A DNA stretch of 61,379 bases, counting the filler, from Candidatus Aminicenantales bacterium (lineage in GTDB: Bacteria; Acidobacteriota; Aminicenantia; Aminicenantales; Saccharicenantaceae), in assembly GCA_049512315.1 (NCBI GenBank). It is 4 parts of 4 records of this genome, joined end to end, with 100 filler letters (N's around TTAATTAATTAA, not from the genome) between each part and the next. Parts side by side here need not be neighbours in the genome. Positions count along the whole stretch, not along the records: positions 34,285 to 48,098 come from JBEKXF010000052.1; positions 48,199 to 61,379 come from JBEKXF010000053.1; 2 more parts are not named here. One strand, given 5' to 3'. The notes under the pieces are model-generated. The model was given only the letters and a program-made list of their open reading frames with translations. It searched no databases and was not told where the DNA came from. This document shows, piece after piece, positions 44,561 to 55,979 of this stretch (positions are counted from its first letter, which is position 1; every line of letters begins with the position of its first letter). The position numbers and the translations under genes were made by a program.

Positions 44561-46078
44561 ATGTATGCCGTCGGCATTGATTCCGGAACGCAGGGAACGA
44601 AAGCCCTGGTCGTCGATTTCAAGACCGGGCAGGTCCTGGGCAAAGGGCATGCTCCCCACGAAATGGTCCCCGGCCTGCCGCCGGGCGCGAGCGAACAGGA
44701 TCCGGCAACCTGGGTGAAGGCCATGGAGAGCGCGCTCGCCGCCGCTATCAAGGAATCCCGGGTGGACCCGAAGAAGGTCGTTTCCCTCGGCATATCGGGC
44801 CAGCAGCACGGTTTCGTGCCGCTCGATCGCCGGGGCCGGCCCATCCGGCCGGCCAAGCTCTGGAACGACACCTCGACGATCGAGGAAACGGAGATGATCG
44901 TCGGCCGCCTCGGCGGGGCCAAGGAATTCATCCGCAAGCTCGGGATCAGCCTGGCCGTCGGCTTCACGGCCTCGAAGATCCTCTGGCTCAAGAGGCACGA
45001 GCCCGAAAACTTTGAAAAGCTCGCGACCGTCCTTCTCCCCCACAACTACCTGAATCACCACCTGACAGGGCGGGCCCACATGGAATACGGCGACGCATCC
45101 GGCACGGGCCTCATGGACATCAGGAATCTCCGTTGGAGCGAGGAAGCCGTGGGCGCCGTCGACCCCGGTCTGTCCGGAAAGCTCCCGGCCCTCAGCCACC
45201 CCCGCGAGCCCGTCGGCTTCGTGCGGAAGGCCGTCGCCGCCCGGTTCGGGCTGGGCAGGGTCCTCGTCTCGGGTGGCGGCGGCGACAACATGATGGGCGC
45301 CATCGGGACGGGGAACGTGAGGCCCGGTGTCTCGACCCTCAGCCTCGGCACTTCGGGCACGATCTATTCCCACTCCGGCCGGGCGGTCGTGGACCCGGAG
45401 GGCGAGATCGCCGCCTTCTGCGACAGCACCGGCGGCTGGTTGCCCCTCCTTTGCACGATGAACGTCACGAACACGACCGAGATCTTCAAGTCCGTCTTCA
45501 AGCTCAATAACCGGACCCTAGAGGCGCTGGCCGCGAAGGCCGGGCCAGGATCCGGCGGCCTCCTCTTCCTGCCCTTCGTCGACGGCGAGAGGGTTCCCGT
45601 CCTCCCCTACCCAAGCGCCGTCTTTTTCGGCCTCAACCGGGGAACGTTCGACTCCGCCCATCTGGCCCGGTCGGTGATGGAAGGGACGATCCTCAACCTG
45701 GGCTACGGCTTCGCCAGGATGCGGGCGCTCGGGCTCAAGCCGGACGAGATCCGGGCCACGGGCGGCGGGTCGAAAAGCCGGCTTTGGCTCCAGATCGTGG
45801 CCGACATCCTCCGGACCCCGGTCGTGACCCTGAGGGAACAGGAGGCGGCGGCCTACGGCGGGGCGCTCCAATCGGTCTGGTGCTGGCACCTTGAAAAAGG
45901 CGAAAAGGTGCGCATCGGGGAGATCACGGGATCGCGCGTGGCCCTGAACAGGCTCCCCGCGGCGCCGGACCCGAAAAGCTCGGGCGTCTACGAAGTCCTT
46001 CAGGAAAGGTTCAATTCCCTCTGGAAGACGCTCGAGCCGGAATTCAAGGCCCAGAAGAGGGCGTCTGGCAGCTTCTGA
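44561..46078 (+). CDS. xylB: Xylulokinase (FGGY family)
   Basis: GIDSGTQGTK, SGQQHG, KLWND, GGGDNMMGA, LGTSG. Confidence 0.88.
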   Translation: MYAVGIDSGTQGTKALVVDFKTGQVLGKGHAPHEMVPGLPPGASEQDPATWVKAMESALAAAIKESRVDPKKVVSLGISGQQHGFVPLDRRGRPIRPAKLWNDTSTIEETEMIVGRLGGAKEFIRKLGISLAVGFTASKILWLKRHEPENFEKLATVLLPHNYLNHHLTGRAHMEYGDASGTGLMDIRNLRWSEEAVGAVDPGLSGKLPALSHPREPVGFVRKAVAARFGLGRVLVSGGGGDNMMGAIGTGNVRPGVSTLSLGTSGTIYSHSGRAVVDPEGEIAAFCDSTGGWLPLLCTMNVTNTTEIFKSVFKLNNRTLEALAAKAGPGSGGLLFLPFVDGERVPVLPYPSAVFFGLNRGTFDSAHLARSVMEGTILNLGYGFARMRALGLKPDEIRATGGGSKSRLWLQIVADILRTPVVTLREQEAAAYGGALQSVWCWHLEKGEKVRIGEITGSRVALNRLPAAPDPKSSGVYEVLQERFNSLWKTLEPEFKAQKRASGSF

Positions 46079-46111
46079 TCCCTCCAGGCACGCGGGCCCA
46101 CAGGGGGCCGG

Positions 46112-47683
46112 TCAGTGCTTGTGAAGGTCCTTGTGCATGATCTTGCGGATCTCGTGAAGCCGGTCGTGGGCCGGAAGCCCCGCCAGCTGCTTGTTCATGA
46201 ACTCGTCGTTTTCGGCCTGGAGCATGCGAGCGACGTAGTCGATGACAGCCGGCGGAAAAACGCCGTCCCGCTCGTAAAGGTCCCTCTTCTGAAGAAGGAG
46301 CCGGCTCGACTCGACGCAGCTCGCGGGCAGGACGGGGAGCTTCTTGAGGAGCTCCTTGTCCGAGAAGATATTCCCCTTGACGTAGAGCTTCTCCGCGAGC
46401 TCCAGGGGCCCGCGCTCTTTGAAAAGGGATGGGTCCCCGCCGAAGGCCCAATTCGCGGCCATGGTGATGCCCGCCAGCACGAGGTGGATGAGGGCGCTGC
46501 CGTCGGGGCTCCGCAGCTCCACCGTCTGCCGTCCGCCTGGGACCCCCTTGAAATCCTCGGCCTGCCGGGGATTGACCTTTTTCGCCAGGTTGGAGAGGTT
46601 CGTCCAGCCCAGCGGGACCCGGATCAGGGCGCTCCGGTTGAGGTCGCTCCAGCAAACCCGGGTCGGGGCTTCGTGGTTCGGGACCAGCCGGAGGTAGGCT
46701 GAGGAGACGGTGTTTCCGAAGGCCGTCAGGGAATCGGCATATTCGCACAGGCCGCCGATGAGCTTCCGGGCGGCCTCGGACAGCCGGCCGTCCGGACCGG
46801 TCATGAGACCCTTGCCGTCCTTTTCGAGCTCGATATGAAAATGGAGGCCGTTCCCGGCGATGTCTTCCTCGAGCTTCGGGGTGAAGGTGGCGACGGAGCC
46901 GTGCCGGTACGCCGTGCTCCGGATGATCCAGCGGCCGAGGACGAGGGCATCGGCCATCTCCTCCACCGGCCGGGGCAAGTACTCGATCTCGAGCTGCTCG
47001 GCGCGCCGGCCCTGGATCTCTTCGACGTCGCTCCGGACGCTTTCGATGAGACCGACCTCGCTGTGGGCGTACTTGACCGCCCCGGTGACCTGGGTGATAT
47101 GGCGCAGCATCTCGTTCAGGACCGGTCCGCTCTTGATGAACGGCATGGAGCCGTGGTAGCCGTCCTGTCCCGAGACCGAATAGGTTTTCTCGGCAGGCGG
47201 GCTCAGGAGGAAAAACTCCAGCTCCCCCAGCGCGTTGAGCTCGAAACCCGTGGCCGAACGGAAGAGCCCGGCGGCCCTGGCGAGGATGTTGTCGAGGGTG
47301 AAGGGGGCCGGGCTCCCGTCCTTGGCGAGATAACGGCAAATGAAATCGAGGCTTCCCTCATCAAAGGGGTTGAGGAAAGCCGTGCTGTACTGGGGGACGA
47401 CGTAGAGGTCGGAGAGGGCCATGTCCACCATCCCCTTGAAGAGCGAGGATCCGTCCGCCCTCTCGCCTTCGGCCAGGATGGTCTCGACCTGGGAGCGTGT
47501 CGAGACCGGAATCTTGAGCTCCTTAAGCTTGCCGTCCAGGGCCGTATAATGGAACGTGAGGCGCTCGACCTGCCGCTTTTCGATGACTTTCAGGATGTCG
47601 GCCCGGAGGAAATCCCGGGGGGATTTATCGAGGATCAGGGACAAGGGATTGGCCTGGACCAACGGCGCGGGCTGGTTTGTCAT
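46112..47683 (-). CDS. Glutamine synthetase family protein
   Basis: DGSSLF, ELEF, HSEVG, AGNGLHFH, LRLVPNHEAP, NRSALIRVP, ELRSPDG. Confidence 0.9.
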   Translation of the reverse strand: MTNQPAPLVQANPLSLILDKSPRDFLRADILKVIEKRQVERLTFHYTALDGKLKELKIPVSTRSQVETILAEGERADGSSLFKGMVDMALSDLYVVPQYSTAFLNPFDEGSLDFICRYLAKDGSPAPFTLDNILARAAGLFRSATGFELNALGELEFFLLSPPAEKTYSVSGQDGYHGSMPFIKSGPVLNEMLRHITQVTGAVKYAHSEVGLIESVRSDVEEIQGRRAEQLEIEYLPRPVEEMADALVLGRWIIRSTAYRHGSVATFTPKLEEDIAGNGLHFHIELEKDGKGLMTGPDGRLSEAARKLIGGLCEYADSLTAFGNTVSSAYLRLVPNHEAPTRVCWSDLNRSALIRVPLGWTNLSNLAKKVNPRQAEDFKGVPGGRQTVELRSPDGSALIHLVLAGITMAANWAFGGDPSLFKERGPLELAEKLYVKGNIFSDKELLKKLPVLPASCVESSRLLLQKRDLYERDGVFPPAVIDYVARMLQAENDEFMNKQLAGLPAHDRLHEIRKIMHKDLHKH

Positions 47684-47782
47684 CGTGTCTCGCTCCTTCA
47701 TCGGGGGTCTCCGGTCCGAGGACGGGAGGGAACCCTGATTTCGCCGGAAAGACGTTCATTTTAAAGGAAAAGGATGGCCAGG

Positions 47783-48098
47783 TCAATAAAGGAGATAGGG
47801 CTTGCGGAGCTCGATGAAAGCGGCGAGCCCGGGCCCGAGTCCTTCGACGATCGTCCGGACCGCGGTCCCGGCCTCGAGCGCCTCGCGGACCCGGTGTGTT
47901 CCCATGACCTTGTCGAAGTAGTCCTTATGGAATTCGAACTTGTCAGGGTATGTGTCGCGGATGGCCTTGAGGATATGGAGGAACGTCTCGAACGACCTGT
48001 AGCGGGAGCGGTCGGTCACGTGAATCTGGCAGCCCCCGCAGAGCTGGCCCTGGAACTTGGAAAAGGTCGGCGTGAACCAGGCTTCCCGGAAGACGACC
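47783..48098 (-). CDS. namZ: Exo-beta-N-acetylmuramidase NamZ (DUF1343) C-terminal part, truncated by contig end
   Basis: FREAWFTPTFSKFQGQLCGGCQIHVTD..FDKVMGT..R.PYLLY*. Confidence 0.78.
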
Positions 48099-48198
48099 NN
48101 NNNNNNNNNNNNNNNNNNNNNNNNNNNNNNNNNNNNNNNNNNTTAATTAATTAANNNNNNNNNNNNNNNNNNNNNNNNNNNNNNNNNNNNNNNNNNNN
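48099..48198. other. Artificial contig linker
   Basis: Same N/TTAATTAATTAA/N spacer. Confidence 0.98.
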
Positions 48199-48230
<32 letters not shown>

Positions 48231-48234
48231 GAAA

Positions 48235-48317
48235 TGGGCAGGGAAGGATTCGAACCTCCGAAGCGTTTCCGCAGCGGGTTTACAGCCCGCCCCATTTGGC
48301 CACTCTGGAACCTGCCC
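48235..48317 (-). tRNA. tRNA-Tyr(GTA)
   Basis: GGGCAGG/CCTGCCC acceptor stem, CTGTAAA anticodon loop, long variable arm, GGTTCGAATCC; no encoded CCA. Confidence 0.95.
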
Positions 48318-48421
48318 AGCGCATGAACCATCCTCGAAAGCCTCGATTGTCTGAAATGAACATCCATCCGTCGCGGTAAGGTTATTCCGCCGTCCGATCA
48401 CCCGTTCAATCGCCGCTGCTA

Positions 48422-48494
48422 AGCCAGCGAAGGGATTCGAACCCCTGACCCGCTGATTACAAATCAGCCGCTCTACCTGCTGAGCTACGCTGGC
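48422..48494 (-). tRNA. tRNA-Thr(TGT)
   Basis: GCCAGCG/CGCTGGC acceptor stem, TTTGTAA anticodon loop, GGTTCGAATCC. Confidence 0.95.
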
Positions 48495-48638
48495 GTGCCG
48501 TCATTCGTGACAAACTCCGTCGTGCGCGTTCGCGTGGAAGTACAGAAGAAGAGCTGAAAAATAAAAAAAATTTCTCCTCGAGCTCGAAGTTGTTCTTTTT
48601 CAGATAGTTAGTCTGAAATAGACAGAACCGCCATGGCT

Positions 48639-48667
48639 ATGTTATAGGAATCCCCGTTTCTTGTCAA
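48639..48667 (-). promoter_or_regulatory. Sigma70 promoter for the tRNA operon
   Basis: TTGACA, 17 bp, TAACAT on the minus strand. Confidence 0.55.
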
Positions 48668-48676
48668 GACCTTACG

Positions 48677-49165
48677 TTAATTTTTCCCCCTGATCTGCCG
48701 GACCCGGTTGAGCTTCTCCCCTAGCCCCCTGGCAAAATCCACCAGGAAGATGAGATAGCGGCCCTTCTGGACCGGAGTCAAGTTCTCGTCGAGCAGGGCC
48801 TCGAGCTCCTCGTCTTTCTGCTGAACCGACTGCCGTATCTCCTTGACCCTCCGGACGAGGACCAGGATATCCGCGTCCTGGACCGGGCTTTTGTCGAGGG
48901 CCGCCCGGAGGTCCCGGATCTCGACCCCCATCCGCCGCTGGAGCTCGGCCTTCTCCTTTTCGATCCGGTTCAGGGCGGGGAACAGCCTGGCCGTCTGGGC
49001 CTCCGTCAGATCGAGGGCCTCGGTCATCCGCAGGAGCCGGAGAGTGTTGATGTTCTCCCTGAGCCTGGCCCGGGTTTGAGGGTCGCCCTGGAGAGGACGG
49101 GCGGCAGCCCAGGTCGGCAAAGCAAGGCACGCCAAGAGCAAAATGATGACCCTCTTCGTTCTCAT
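48677..49165 (-). CDS. Periplasmic Spy/CpxP-like (LTxxQ) protein
   Basis: Signal peptide, LDLTEAQ and LTPVQ motifs, third gene of the ECF module. Confidence 0.72.
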   Translation of the reverse strand: MRTKRVIILLLACLALPTWAAARPLQGDPQTRARLRENINTLRLLRMTEALDLTEAQTARLFPALNRIEKEKAELQRRMGVEIRDLRAALDKSPVQDADILVLVRRVKEIRQSVQQKDEELEALLDENLTPVQKGRYLIFLVDFARGLGEKLNRVRQIRGKN

Positions 49166-49809
49166 ATCCGACCTCCATGACCTTGTTCTTTCCGCAATTC
49201 GGATTCGATGAAGCGCAGGTCCTCTTCGCTCATCCCCTCCCAGAACAAGGGATTATCGTCGAAGCGGATGGCGCTCGTTTCGGGCTGATCCCCCACGGCT
49301 TCGTTGATCGAGACGACGATCTCTCTGTTGAACGAGCGGTCGAGCTCGGGGTCCGGCCCGATCTCGCCGATGACCTGCGCGACGGAATCCTCAAAAGAAA
49401 TGGATGCCGGCTCCTGGCCGCGGCGGGGACGCAGGACCGCGAAATACGTCACGACGAAAGCTAGGAGGAGGAAGCCCACCCCGGCCCGGGCCCAGGCCCA
49501 AGAGGCGGGCGGGTGCGCCATGGCCCGAGCATCTCCCCGTTCGTCATCCCGGCGGCCGCCGGCCTCACGGGATGCCGAGGCTGCGGCCAGCCGGGCTCCC
49601 AGCCTGCGGCCGAAATCCTCCCACTCCCCGGGAGCCAACCCGGAGTCGGCCAGGCCTTTGGCCCCCTTCCCCAGCCGGTCCAGGTCATCCCTGTAAGCGC
49701 GGCAGGAGACGCATTCCTCGAGATGGCGCTCAAGCCTGACGGCCCGTTTCCCGGACAGGGCTCCGTCCTGGGCGTCGGAGATCCGTTTCTTCCATATCCC
49801 GCAGCTCAT
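49162..49809 (-). CDS. zf-HC2 anti-sigma factor
   Basis: MSC..DGAL..HLEECVSC, single TM; ATGA overlap with the sigma gene. Confidence 0.85.
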   Translation of the reverse strand: MSCGIWKKRISDAQDGALSGKRAVRLERHLEECVSCRAYRDDLDRLGKGAKGLADSGLAPGEWEDFGRRLGARLAAASASREAGGRRDDERGDARAMAHPPASWAWARAGVGFLLLAFVVTYFAVLRPRRGQEPASISFEDSVAQVIGEIGPDPELDRSFNREIVVSINEAVGDQPETSAIRFDDNPLFWEGMSEEDLRFIESELRKEQGHGGRI

Positions 49810-50381
49810 GATCCGACCTCGTCCAAGAAAGGCTTGAGCCTGGCCTGGAGCATCTTCCGGGCCTTGTGCATCCGCCAGGAGACCGTATTTTCCGAACAGC
49901 CGAGGGCCCGGGCGGCTTCCGCATGGCTCAGACCCTGGTCCGCGACCAGGAGGAACGAAGCCTTGAAGTGCGGCGGAAGGGACCCAACGGCGTCCTCGAT
50001 GCGATCCTGAAGCTCGTTGCTGACCGCGCTCATCTCCGGCGATGAGGCAGCGGCCTTCCTCCCGTCTCTTTCGGGGAGGTTCTCGTGAAACCCAGCCCGC
50101 GCCCTCTCCCGGTCGCGCTTCTTCAGAAAATTCAGCGAGGCGTTGACGGCGATCCGGTAGACCCACGTGGAGAAGCTCGATCTCCCGTGGAAGCCCGGGA
50201 TCGATCTGAAGGCCGTCAAGAATACCTCCTGGCACAGGTCATCGGCGTCCGAGCGGTTCCTCGTCATGCCATAGATGAGACCGTAAATCCTTTGCTGATG
50301 GCGCCTGGCGAGCTCGGAGAAGGCCTCCCTTTTCCCCCGGCGGGCCTCCTCCACGAGGACATCGTCCGGACGCTCATCCAT
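49806..50381 (-). CDS. ECF RNA polymerase sigma factor
   Basis: DADDLCQEVF, FSTWVYRIAVN, ENTVSWRMHKARK. Confidence 0.93.
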   Translation of the reverse strand: MDERPDDVLVEEARRGKREAFSELARRHQQRIYGLIYGMTRNRSDADDLCQEVFLTAFRSIPGFHGRSSFSTWVYRIAVNASLNFLKKRDRERARAGFHENLPERDGRKAAASSPEMSAVSNELQDRIEDAVGSLPPHFKASFLLVADQGLSHAEAARALGCSENTVSWRMHKARKMLQARLKPFLDEVGS

Positions 50382-50523
50382 CTCATCCTCATATCTTTAG
50401 ACATCCATTATACCTAAAGCTTAGCGCCCTGGAGAGCCTTCCATGAAATCTGCCCTGATTTCATTGACAAGGCCTTCGAGGTGCTGCTATGATTCAGCCT
50501 TCCCCTTGGAGAGGTATGAGGTC

Positions 50524-51825
50524 ATGATCGAACGCTACACCCGCCCCGAGATGGGCGCCGTCTGGACGGATGATAACAAGTACCGGAAATGGCTGGAAGT
50601 CGAGATCGCCGTCTGCGAGGCCTGGGCCCGCTTGGGGAAGATCCCCAAACCCGCCCTGCGGGACATCCGGCGCAAGGCCGGATTCTCGGTCGCCCGGATC
50701 GACGAGATCGAGAAGGTCCTCAAGCACGACGTCGTCGCGTTCCTGTCCTCGGTCGCGGAAAGGGTCGGGCCGAGCTCCCGGTATATCCACCTCGGCCTGA
50801 CGTCCTATGACATCGTCGACACCGCCCTTTCGCTCCTCATCCGCGAATCCCTCGAAAAGATCCTCCGCGAGCTCCGGGAGCTCCGGGGGCTCTTGAAGAG
50901 ACAAGCGATCAAGTTCAAGAAAACGGCCTGCATCGGCCGGACCCACGGCATCCATGCCGAGCCGGTGTCGTTCGGCTTCAAGATCCTCGTCTGGCACGAA
51001 GAGGTCAAGCGGCACACCCGGCGCCTGGAGGAAGCCGTCCGCGTGATCTCGGTCGGCCGGATCTCCGGCTCCGTCGGGACGTACATTCACCTGGATCCCC
51101 GGGTGGAGATCCTGGCTCTCCGGAAACTCAAGCTGGAGCCCGCCAAGGTCTCGACCCAGGTCCTCCAGCGGGACCGCCATGCGGAAGTTCTGTCCGCCCT
51201 CGCCCTCCTCGCCTCCTCGGTCGAAAAATTCGCCGTCGAGATCCGCCATCTGCAGAGGACGGAAGTCGGGGAGGTCGAAGAGCCCTTCACCAAGGGCCAG
51301 AAGGGGTCCTCCTCCATGCCCCACAAAAAGAACCCCGTCCGCTCCGAGAGGATCTCAGGCCTGGCCCGGCTCATCAGGGCCAACGCCCAGGTCGGGTTCG
51401 AGAACGTGGTCCTCTGGCACGAGAGGGACATCTCCCATTCCTCGGCTGAGCGCGTCGTTTTCCCCGACTCCTTTATCCTGACCGATTTCCTTCTGGCCGA
51501 GATCATCGACATCATCAGGAACTGGAACGTCCACCCCGACCGGATGAGGGCCAACATCGACGCCACTCGCGGCCTCATCTTCTCCCAAAGCGTCCTCTTG
51601 GCCCTGACCAAGAAAGGGATGACCCGGGAGGACGCCTACCAGGTCGTCCAGAGGAACAGCCTCCGGGCCTGGAACGAGGGCCGCGATTTCCGCGAGCTCA
51701 TCGCCTCCGACCCCGACGTGACCCGGGTCCTCAGGCCGTCGGACATCGCCCGCTGTTTCTCGCTCGTTCCCTACCTCGACAAGATCGATTACATTTTTGA
51801 AAGGGTTTTCGCCGATGAGAGTTAG
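50524..51825 (+). CDS. purB: Adenylosuccinate lyase
   Basis: MIERY, KHDVVAF, GRTHGIHAEP, GSSSMPHKKNP. Confidence 0.96.
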   Translation: MIERYTRPEMGAVWTDDNKYRKWLEVEIAVCEAWARLGKIPKPALRDIRRKAGFSVARIDEIEKVLKHDVVAFLSSVAERVGPSSRYIHLGLTSYDIVDTALSLLIRESLEKILRELRELRGLLKRQAIKFKKTACIGRTHGIHAEPVSFGFKILVWHEEVKRHTRRLEEAVRVISVGRISGSVGTYIHLDPRVEILALRKLKLEPAKVSTQVLQRDRHAEVLSALALLASSVEKFAVEIRHLQRTEVGEVEEPFTKGQKGSSSMPHKKNPVRSERISGLARLIRANAQVGFENVVLWHERDISHSSAERVVFPDSFILTDFLLAEIIDIIRNWNVHPDRMRANIDATRGLIFSQSVLLALTKKGMTREDAYQVVQRNSLRAWNEGRDFRELIASDPDVTRVLRPSDIARCFSLVPYLDKIDYIFERVFADES

Positions 51826-52072
51826 GATCCTCGTTTCGTTCAAGGACAGCGTCCTCGACCCCCAGGGCCAGACCGTCAAGAACGCCCTCCACACCATGGG
51901 CTACGCCGCCGTCAAGGACGTCCGGCAGGGCAAGGTCTTCGAGATCGAGCTCGACGGAGTCGGGAGGAAAGAGGCCGAGGCGGTCGTGGCCGAGATCACC
52001 CACAAGGTCCTGGCCAACCCGATCATCGAAAAGTACACCTGGGAGTTCATCAAGGCCCCGTCGGGGAAATGA
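51815..52072 (+). CDS. purS: FGAM synthase subunit PurS
   Basis: VLDPQG, VRQGK, LANPIIE. Confidence 0.95.
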   Translation: MRVRILVSFKDSVLDPQGQTVKNALHTMGYAAVKDVRQGKVFEIELDGVGRKEAEAVVAEITHKVLANPIIEKYTWEFIKAPSGK

Positions 52073-52815
52073 CCATGAGGTTCGGCGTCGTCCAATTCCC
52101 CGGATCCAATTGCGACTTCGACACGTTCCATGTCCTCAAGAACGTCATGAAGCAAGATACGGTCATGCTCTGGCACAAGGACCACGACCTCCAGGAGGTG
52201 AGCTGCGTCGTGCTGCCCGGCGGGTTCTCCTACGGCGACTATCTCCGGTCCGGCGCCATCGCCCGCTTCTCCCCTCTCATGAAAGAGGTCAAGGCCTTCG
52301 CCCGCAAGGGAGGGCTCGTCCTAGGCATCTGCAACGGCTTCCAGGTCCTCCTCGAGCTCGGCCTTCTCCCCGGCGCCATGCTCCGGAACAAGAACCTGAA
52401 GTTCCTCTGCCAGCACGTCCACATCCGGGTCGAGAACGACCGGACGGCGTTCACCCGGGCCGGGAAAGCTGGCCAGATCCTCCGGATCCCGATCGCCCAT
52501 TTCGACGGCAACTACTACGCCCCGCCCCGGACGCTCGCCGGCATCGAGAAGAACCGGCAGGTGGTCTTCCGCTATTGCGACGCCGGCGGGAACGTGACCG
52601 ACGAGGCCAACGTCAACGGCTCCCTCCACAATATCGCGGGGCTCGCGAACAAAGAGGGCAACGTCCTGGGGCTTATGCCCCATCCGGAGAGGGCCTCCGA
52701 GGCCCTGCTCGGCAGCGAGGACGGCCGCGTCATCTTCGAATCCCTCGTCCGGAGTCTCAGCGCCCGGCGGTCGCCTCGGGCCAAAGCCGCCGGGAAAAAG
52801 GCCCGCCATGATTGA
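52069..52815 (+). CDS. purQ: FGAM synthase glutaminase subunit
   Basis: [30 protein letters not shown]. Confidence 0.96.
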   Translation: MTMRFGVVQFPGSNCDFDTFHVLKNVMKQDTVMLWHKDHDLQEVSCVVLPGGFSYGDYLRSGAIARFSPLMKEVKAFARKGGLVLGICNGFQVLLELGLLPGAMLRNKNLKFLCQHVHIRVENDRTAFTRAGKAGQILRIPIAHFDGNYYAPPRTLAGIEKNRQVVFRYCDAGGNVTDEANVNGSLHNIAGLANKEGNVLGLMPHPERASEALLGSEDGRVIFESLVRSLSARRSPRAKAAGKKARHD

Positions 52816-55030
52816 CCCCAAGACCATCGCCCAGCACAACCTGACCGAAGAGGAGTACCGGCGGATCGTCGAGTTCATCGGCAAAGAGCCGAACCTGACC
52901 GAGCTCGGCATCTTCTCCGTCATGTGGTCCGAGCACTGCGGCTACAAGAGCTCCAAGGTCCACCTCAGGAAACTCCCGACCGAGGGCCGGCACGTCGTCC
53001 AGGGGCCCGGCGAGAACGCCGGCGTCCTGGACATCGGCGACAGTCAGGTCATCGTCTTCAAGATCGAGTCCCACAACCACCCGTCCTATATCGAGCCCTA
53101 CCAGGGCGCGGCCACGGGCGTCGGCGGGATCCTCAGGGACATTTTCACCATGGGCGCCAGGCCCATCGCGGTCCTCGACTCCCTCCGGTTCGGTCCGCTG
53201 AGCGACCCGAAGAACCGGGCTATCATGGAGGGTGTCGTCTCGGGCATCGCGGGCTACGGGAACTCCATCGGCGTCCCCACGGTCGGCGGGGAAGTCTATT
53301 TCAACGAATGCTACGCCGCCAACCCCCTGGTCAACGTTTTCTGCCTGGGGCTGGCCAAAAAGGACAGGATCTTCTTTGCCAAGGCTGAGGGCGTCGGAAA
53401 CCCGGTCCTCTACGTCGGGGCCAAGACCGGCCGGGACGGGATCCACGGCGCGACCATGGCCTCGGCGGAATTCGGCAAGGAAACCGAACAAAAAAGGCCG
53501 AACGTCCAGGTCGGCGACCCCTTCAAGGAGAAGCTCCTCATCGAGGCCTGCCTGGAGGTCATGGACAGGGGCCTCATTCTCGGCATCCAGGACATGGGGG
53601 CGGCCGGGTTGACCTGCTCGACGACCGAGATGGCCGCCAAGAGCGGGCTGGGCATCGAGATCGACCTCGACCTCGTCCCCCAGCGGGAAGCCGGGATGAC
53701 GCCGTACGAGATCATGCTCTCGGAATCCCAGGAGCGCATGGTTCTCGTCTGCACGAAGGAGAACGTCAAGAAGGTCCAGGAGGTCTTCGCGAAGTGGGAC
53801 CTCGACGCCCCGATCATCGGCCACGTCACCGCGGGCGGGCAGGCCCGGGTCCGTTTCAAGGGAGAGGTCGTCGTCGACATCCCCGTCGACGCGGTCGTCA
53901 ACCTCTGCCCGGTTTACCGGAGGCCGAGCCGGCCGCCCGTCCGTCCCCCTTCGAGCGCCAGGCTGCCTCTGCTTCCCGTCCCGGCCGATATCGAGGACGT
54001 CTTTTTCCGGCTCCTGTCTTCGCCGACGATCGCGGATAAGGAATGGGTTTTCCGCCAGTACGACCACATGGTCCAGGTCAACACCGTGCTCCTGCCCGGG
54101 GCGGACGCCGCGGTCCTGAGGATCAAGGGCTCGAAGAAGGCCATCGCCATGACCCTGGACTCCAATTCCCTCTATGCTTCTCTCGACCCGAACACGGGCG
54201 CGAAGATCGCCGTCGCCGAGGCCTGCCGAAACCTGGCCTGCGTCGGGGCCCGGCCGATCGGCGTCACGAACTGCCTGAACTTCGGGAATCCCGAAAAGCC
54301 GGAGATCATGTGGCAGTTCGAGCAGGTCATCGACGGCCTGGCGGAAGGCTGCCGGGCGTTCGGGATCCCAGTCACGGGCGGCAACGTGAGCTTCTACAAC
54401 GACACCGACGGCGTGTCCATCTTCCCGACCCCCGTCCTGGGGATCGTCGGCATCATCGACGACGTCCGGAAAGTCGTCAGCCCCGGCTTCAAGGCCGAGG
54501 GCGACCTCGTCCTCCTCGTCGGTGAAAACAGGGAGGAGCTCGGCGGCACGGAATACGTGAGGGTCGTCCATCGGGTCGAGACGGGGACGCCGCCGCGCAT
54601 CGACCTCGAGGGTGAGAAACGCGTCCAGGAGTTCTGCCTGGAGGCGATCGAGGCCGGCCTCGTCCGGTCGGCCCATGACCTTTCGGAGGGTGGACTGGCC
54701 ATCGCTCTGGCCGAGTGCGCCTTCCATAGCCAGGGACGCACCGGCTGCGCCGTCGAGCTCGAAGACCCGATCCGGCCGGACGCGCTGGCCTTCGGCGAGA
54801 CCCAATCCCGCATCCTCATGACCTGCCGCCCGGCGGACCTGGACAGGCTGAGCGGGCTGGCCCGGACGACCGGGGTCAAGCTCGCGGCCATCGGTCGGAC
54901 GGGCGGGGCGGACATCGTCCTTCGCCACCGCGGGCGGGACCTCATCCGCGTTCCGGTCGAGGACGCGTTCCGGCGCTGGAAAGACGGCATCCCGAAATTT
55001 TACAGGGTTCGTGGCCAGGAGGGACGATGA
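52808..55030 (+). CDS. purL: FGAM synthase synthetase subunit
   Basis: [38 protein letters not shown]. Confidence 0.96.
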   Translation: MIDPKTIAQHNLTEEEYRRIVEFIGKEPNLTELGIFSVMWSEHCGYKSSKVHLRKLPTEGRHVVQGPGENAGVLDIGDSQVIVFKIESHNHPSYIEPYQGAATGVGGILRDIFTMGARPIAVLDSLRFGPLSDPKNRAIMEGVVSGIAGYGNSIGVPTVGGEVYFNECYAANPLVNVFCLGLAKKDRIFFAKAEGVGNPVLYVGAKTGRDGIHGATMASAEFGKETEQKRPNVQVGDPFKEKLLIEACLEVMDRGLILGIQDMGAAGLTCSTTEMAAKSGLGIEIDLDLVPQREAGMTPYEIMLSESQERMVLVCTKENVKKVQEVFAKWDLDAPIIGHVTAGGQARVRFKGEVVVDIPVDAVVNLCPVYRRPSRPPVRPPSSARLPLLPVPADIEDVFFRLLSSPTIADKEWVFRQYDHMVQVNTVLLPGADAAVLRIKGSKKAIAMTLDSNSLYASLDPNTGAKIAVAEACRNLACVGARPIGVTNCLNFGNPEKPEIMWQFEQVIDGLAEGCRAFGIPVTGGNVSFYNDTDGVSIFPTPVLGIVGIIDDVRKVVSPGFKAEGDLVLLVGENREELGGTEYVRVVHRVETGTPPRIDLEGEKRVQEFCLEAIEAGLVRSAHDLSEGGLAIALAECAFHSQGRTGCAVELEDPIRPDALAFGETQSRILMTCRPADLDRLSGLARTTGVKLAAIGRTGGADIVLRHRGRDLIRVPVEDAFRRWKDGIPKFYRVRGQEGR

Positions 55031-55662
55031 GCGAGGTCGCATTCAGGAGCCCGAAGAAGCGGGGCCGGGTCGCCGTTTTTCTCTCCGGCCGGGGTACCAA
55101 TTTCATGGCCATCCAGGAGGCCATTCGGCACGCCGCGATCAATGCGGAGGTCGGCCTGGTCCTCAGCAACAAGGAGGACGCGCCCGGCCTCCTCAAAGCG
55201 AAGGAATGGGGCCTCGAGACGTCGTTCCTCAACCCGAAGCTGTTCGCGACCCGTGAAGAGTACGATCAGGCCGCCGGGCGGGAGGTTGAGAAAAGGGGGA
55301 TCGACCTCATCTGCCTCGCCGGATATATGAAGGTCCTGACGTTGCAGTTCTGCAACGCCTACAAATACCGGATCGTCAATATCCATCCGGCCCTCCTCCC
55401 CTCTTTTCCGGGTCTCCACGTCCAGCAGAAGGCCATCGACTGGGGAGTCCGGTTCTCGGGCTGCACCGTCCATTTCGTCGCCGCCGAGGTCGACATGGGC
55501 CCGATCATCCTCCAGGCCGCCGTCCCGGTCCTCCAGGACGACACCGAGGAAACGCTGGCAGCCAGGATCCTCACCGAGGAGCACAAGATCTACCCCGAGG
55601 CCGTCCGGTTCTACTTCGAGGGCCGGATCGAGGTCCGTGGGCGCCGCGTTTTCATTGTCTAA
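55027..55662 (+). CDS. purN: Phosphoribosylglycinamide formyltransferase
   Basis: [33 protein letters not shown]. Confidence 0.96.
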   Translation: MSEVAFRSPKKRGRVAVFLSGRGTNFMAIQEAIRHAAINAEVGLVLSNKEDAPGLLKAKEWGLETSFLNPKLFATREEYDQAAGREVEKRGIDLICLAGYMKVLTLQFCNAYKYRIVNIHPALLPSFPGLHVQQKAIDWGVRFSGCTVHFVAAEVDMGPIILQAAVPVLQDDTEETLAARILTEEHKIYPEAVRFYFEGRIEVRGRRVFIV

Positions 55663-55979
55663 GTTCAGCTACATAACTCCACTCATCTCCTCTCCCGCTT
55701 TGGTTGGAGTAAGTACCCGCCAATCAAAAATGGCTAAGACTCGTTTCAACTATTTACCAGATGTGCGGCTTCGAGCCGCTCCGCCGCACTTCTGCTGGTC
55801 GCTCCTCAGAATTCGCTCCCTGCCGGTCCCCTTCCGCTACGGGGCTTTCGGACGGCCATCATCCCCGCCTGGAGCCCGTCACCTCGCTGACGGGACTCCC
55901 TTGCTATTCCTGCCCATTCGGCCATTTGACCGGCCGCCGCGCGGCTGCAATAATAATAAGGTTCATTAAGGAGGGACCC

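Noticed and set aside
52757..55042. Long antisense ORFs (761 aa here; also 39380-41320, 56820-58142, 38919-40361 and others)
   Set aside because: Shadow ORFs opposite well-supported genes, expected from high-GC codon bias.
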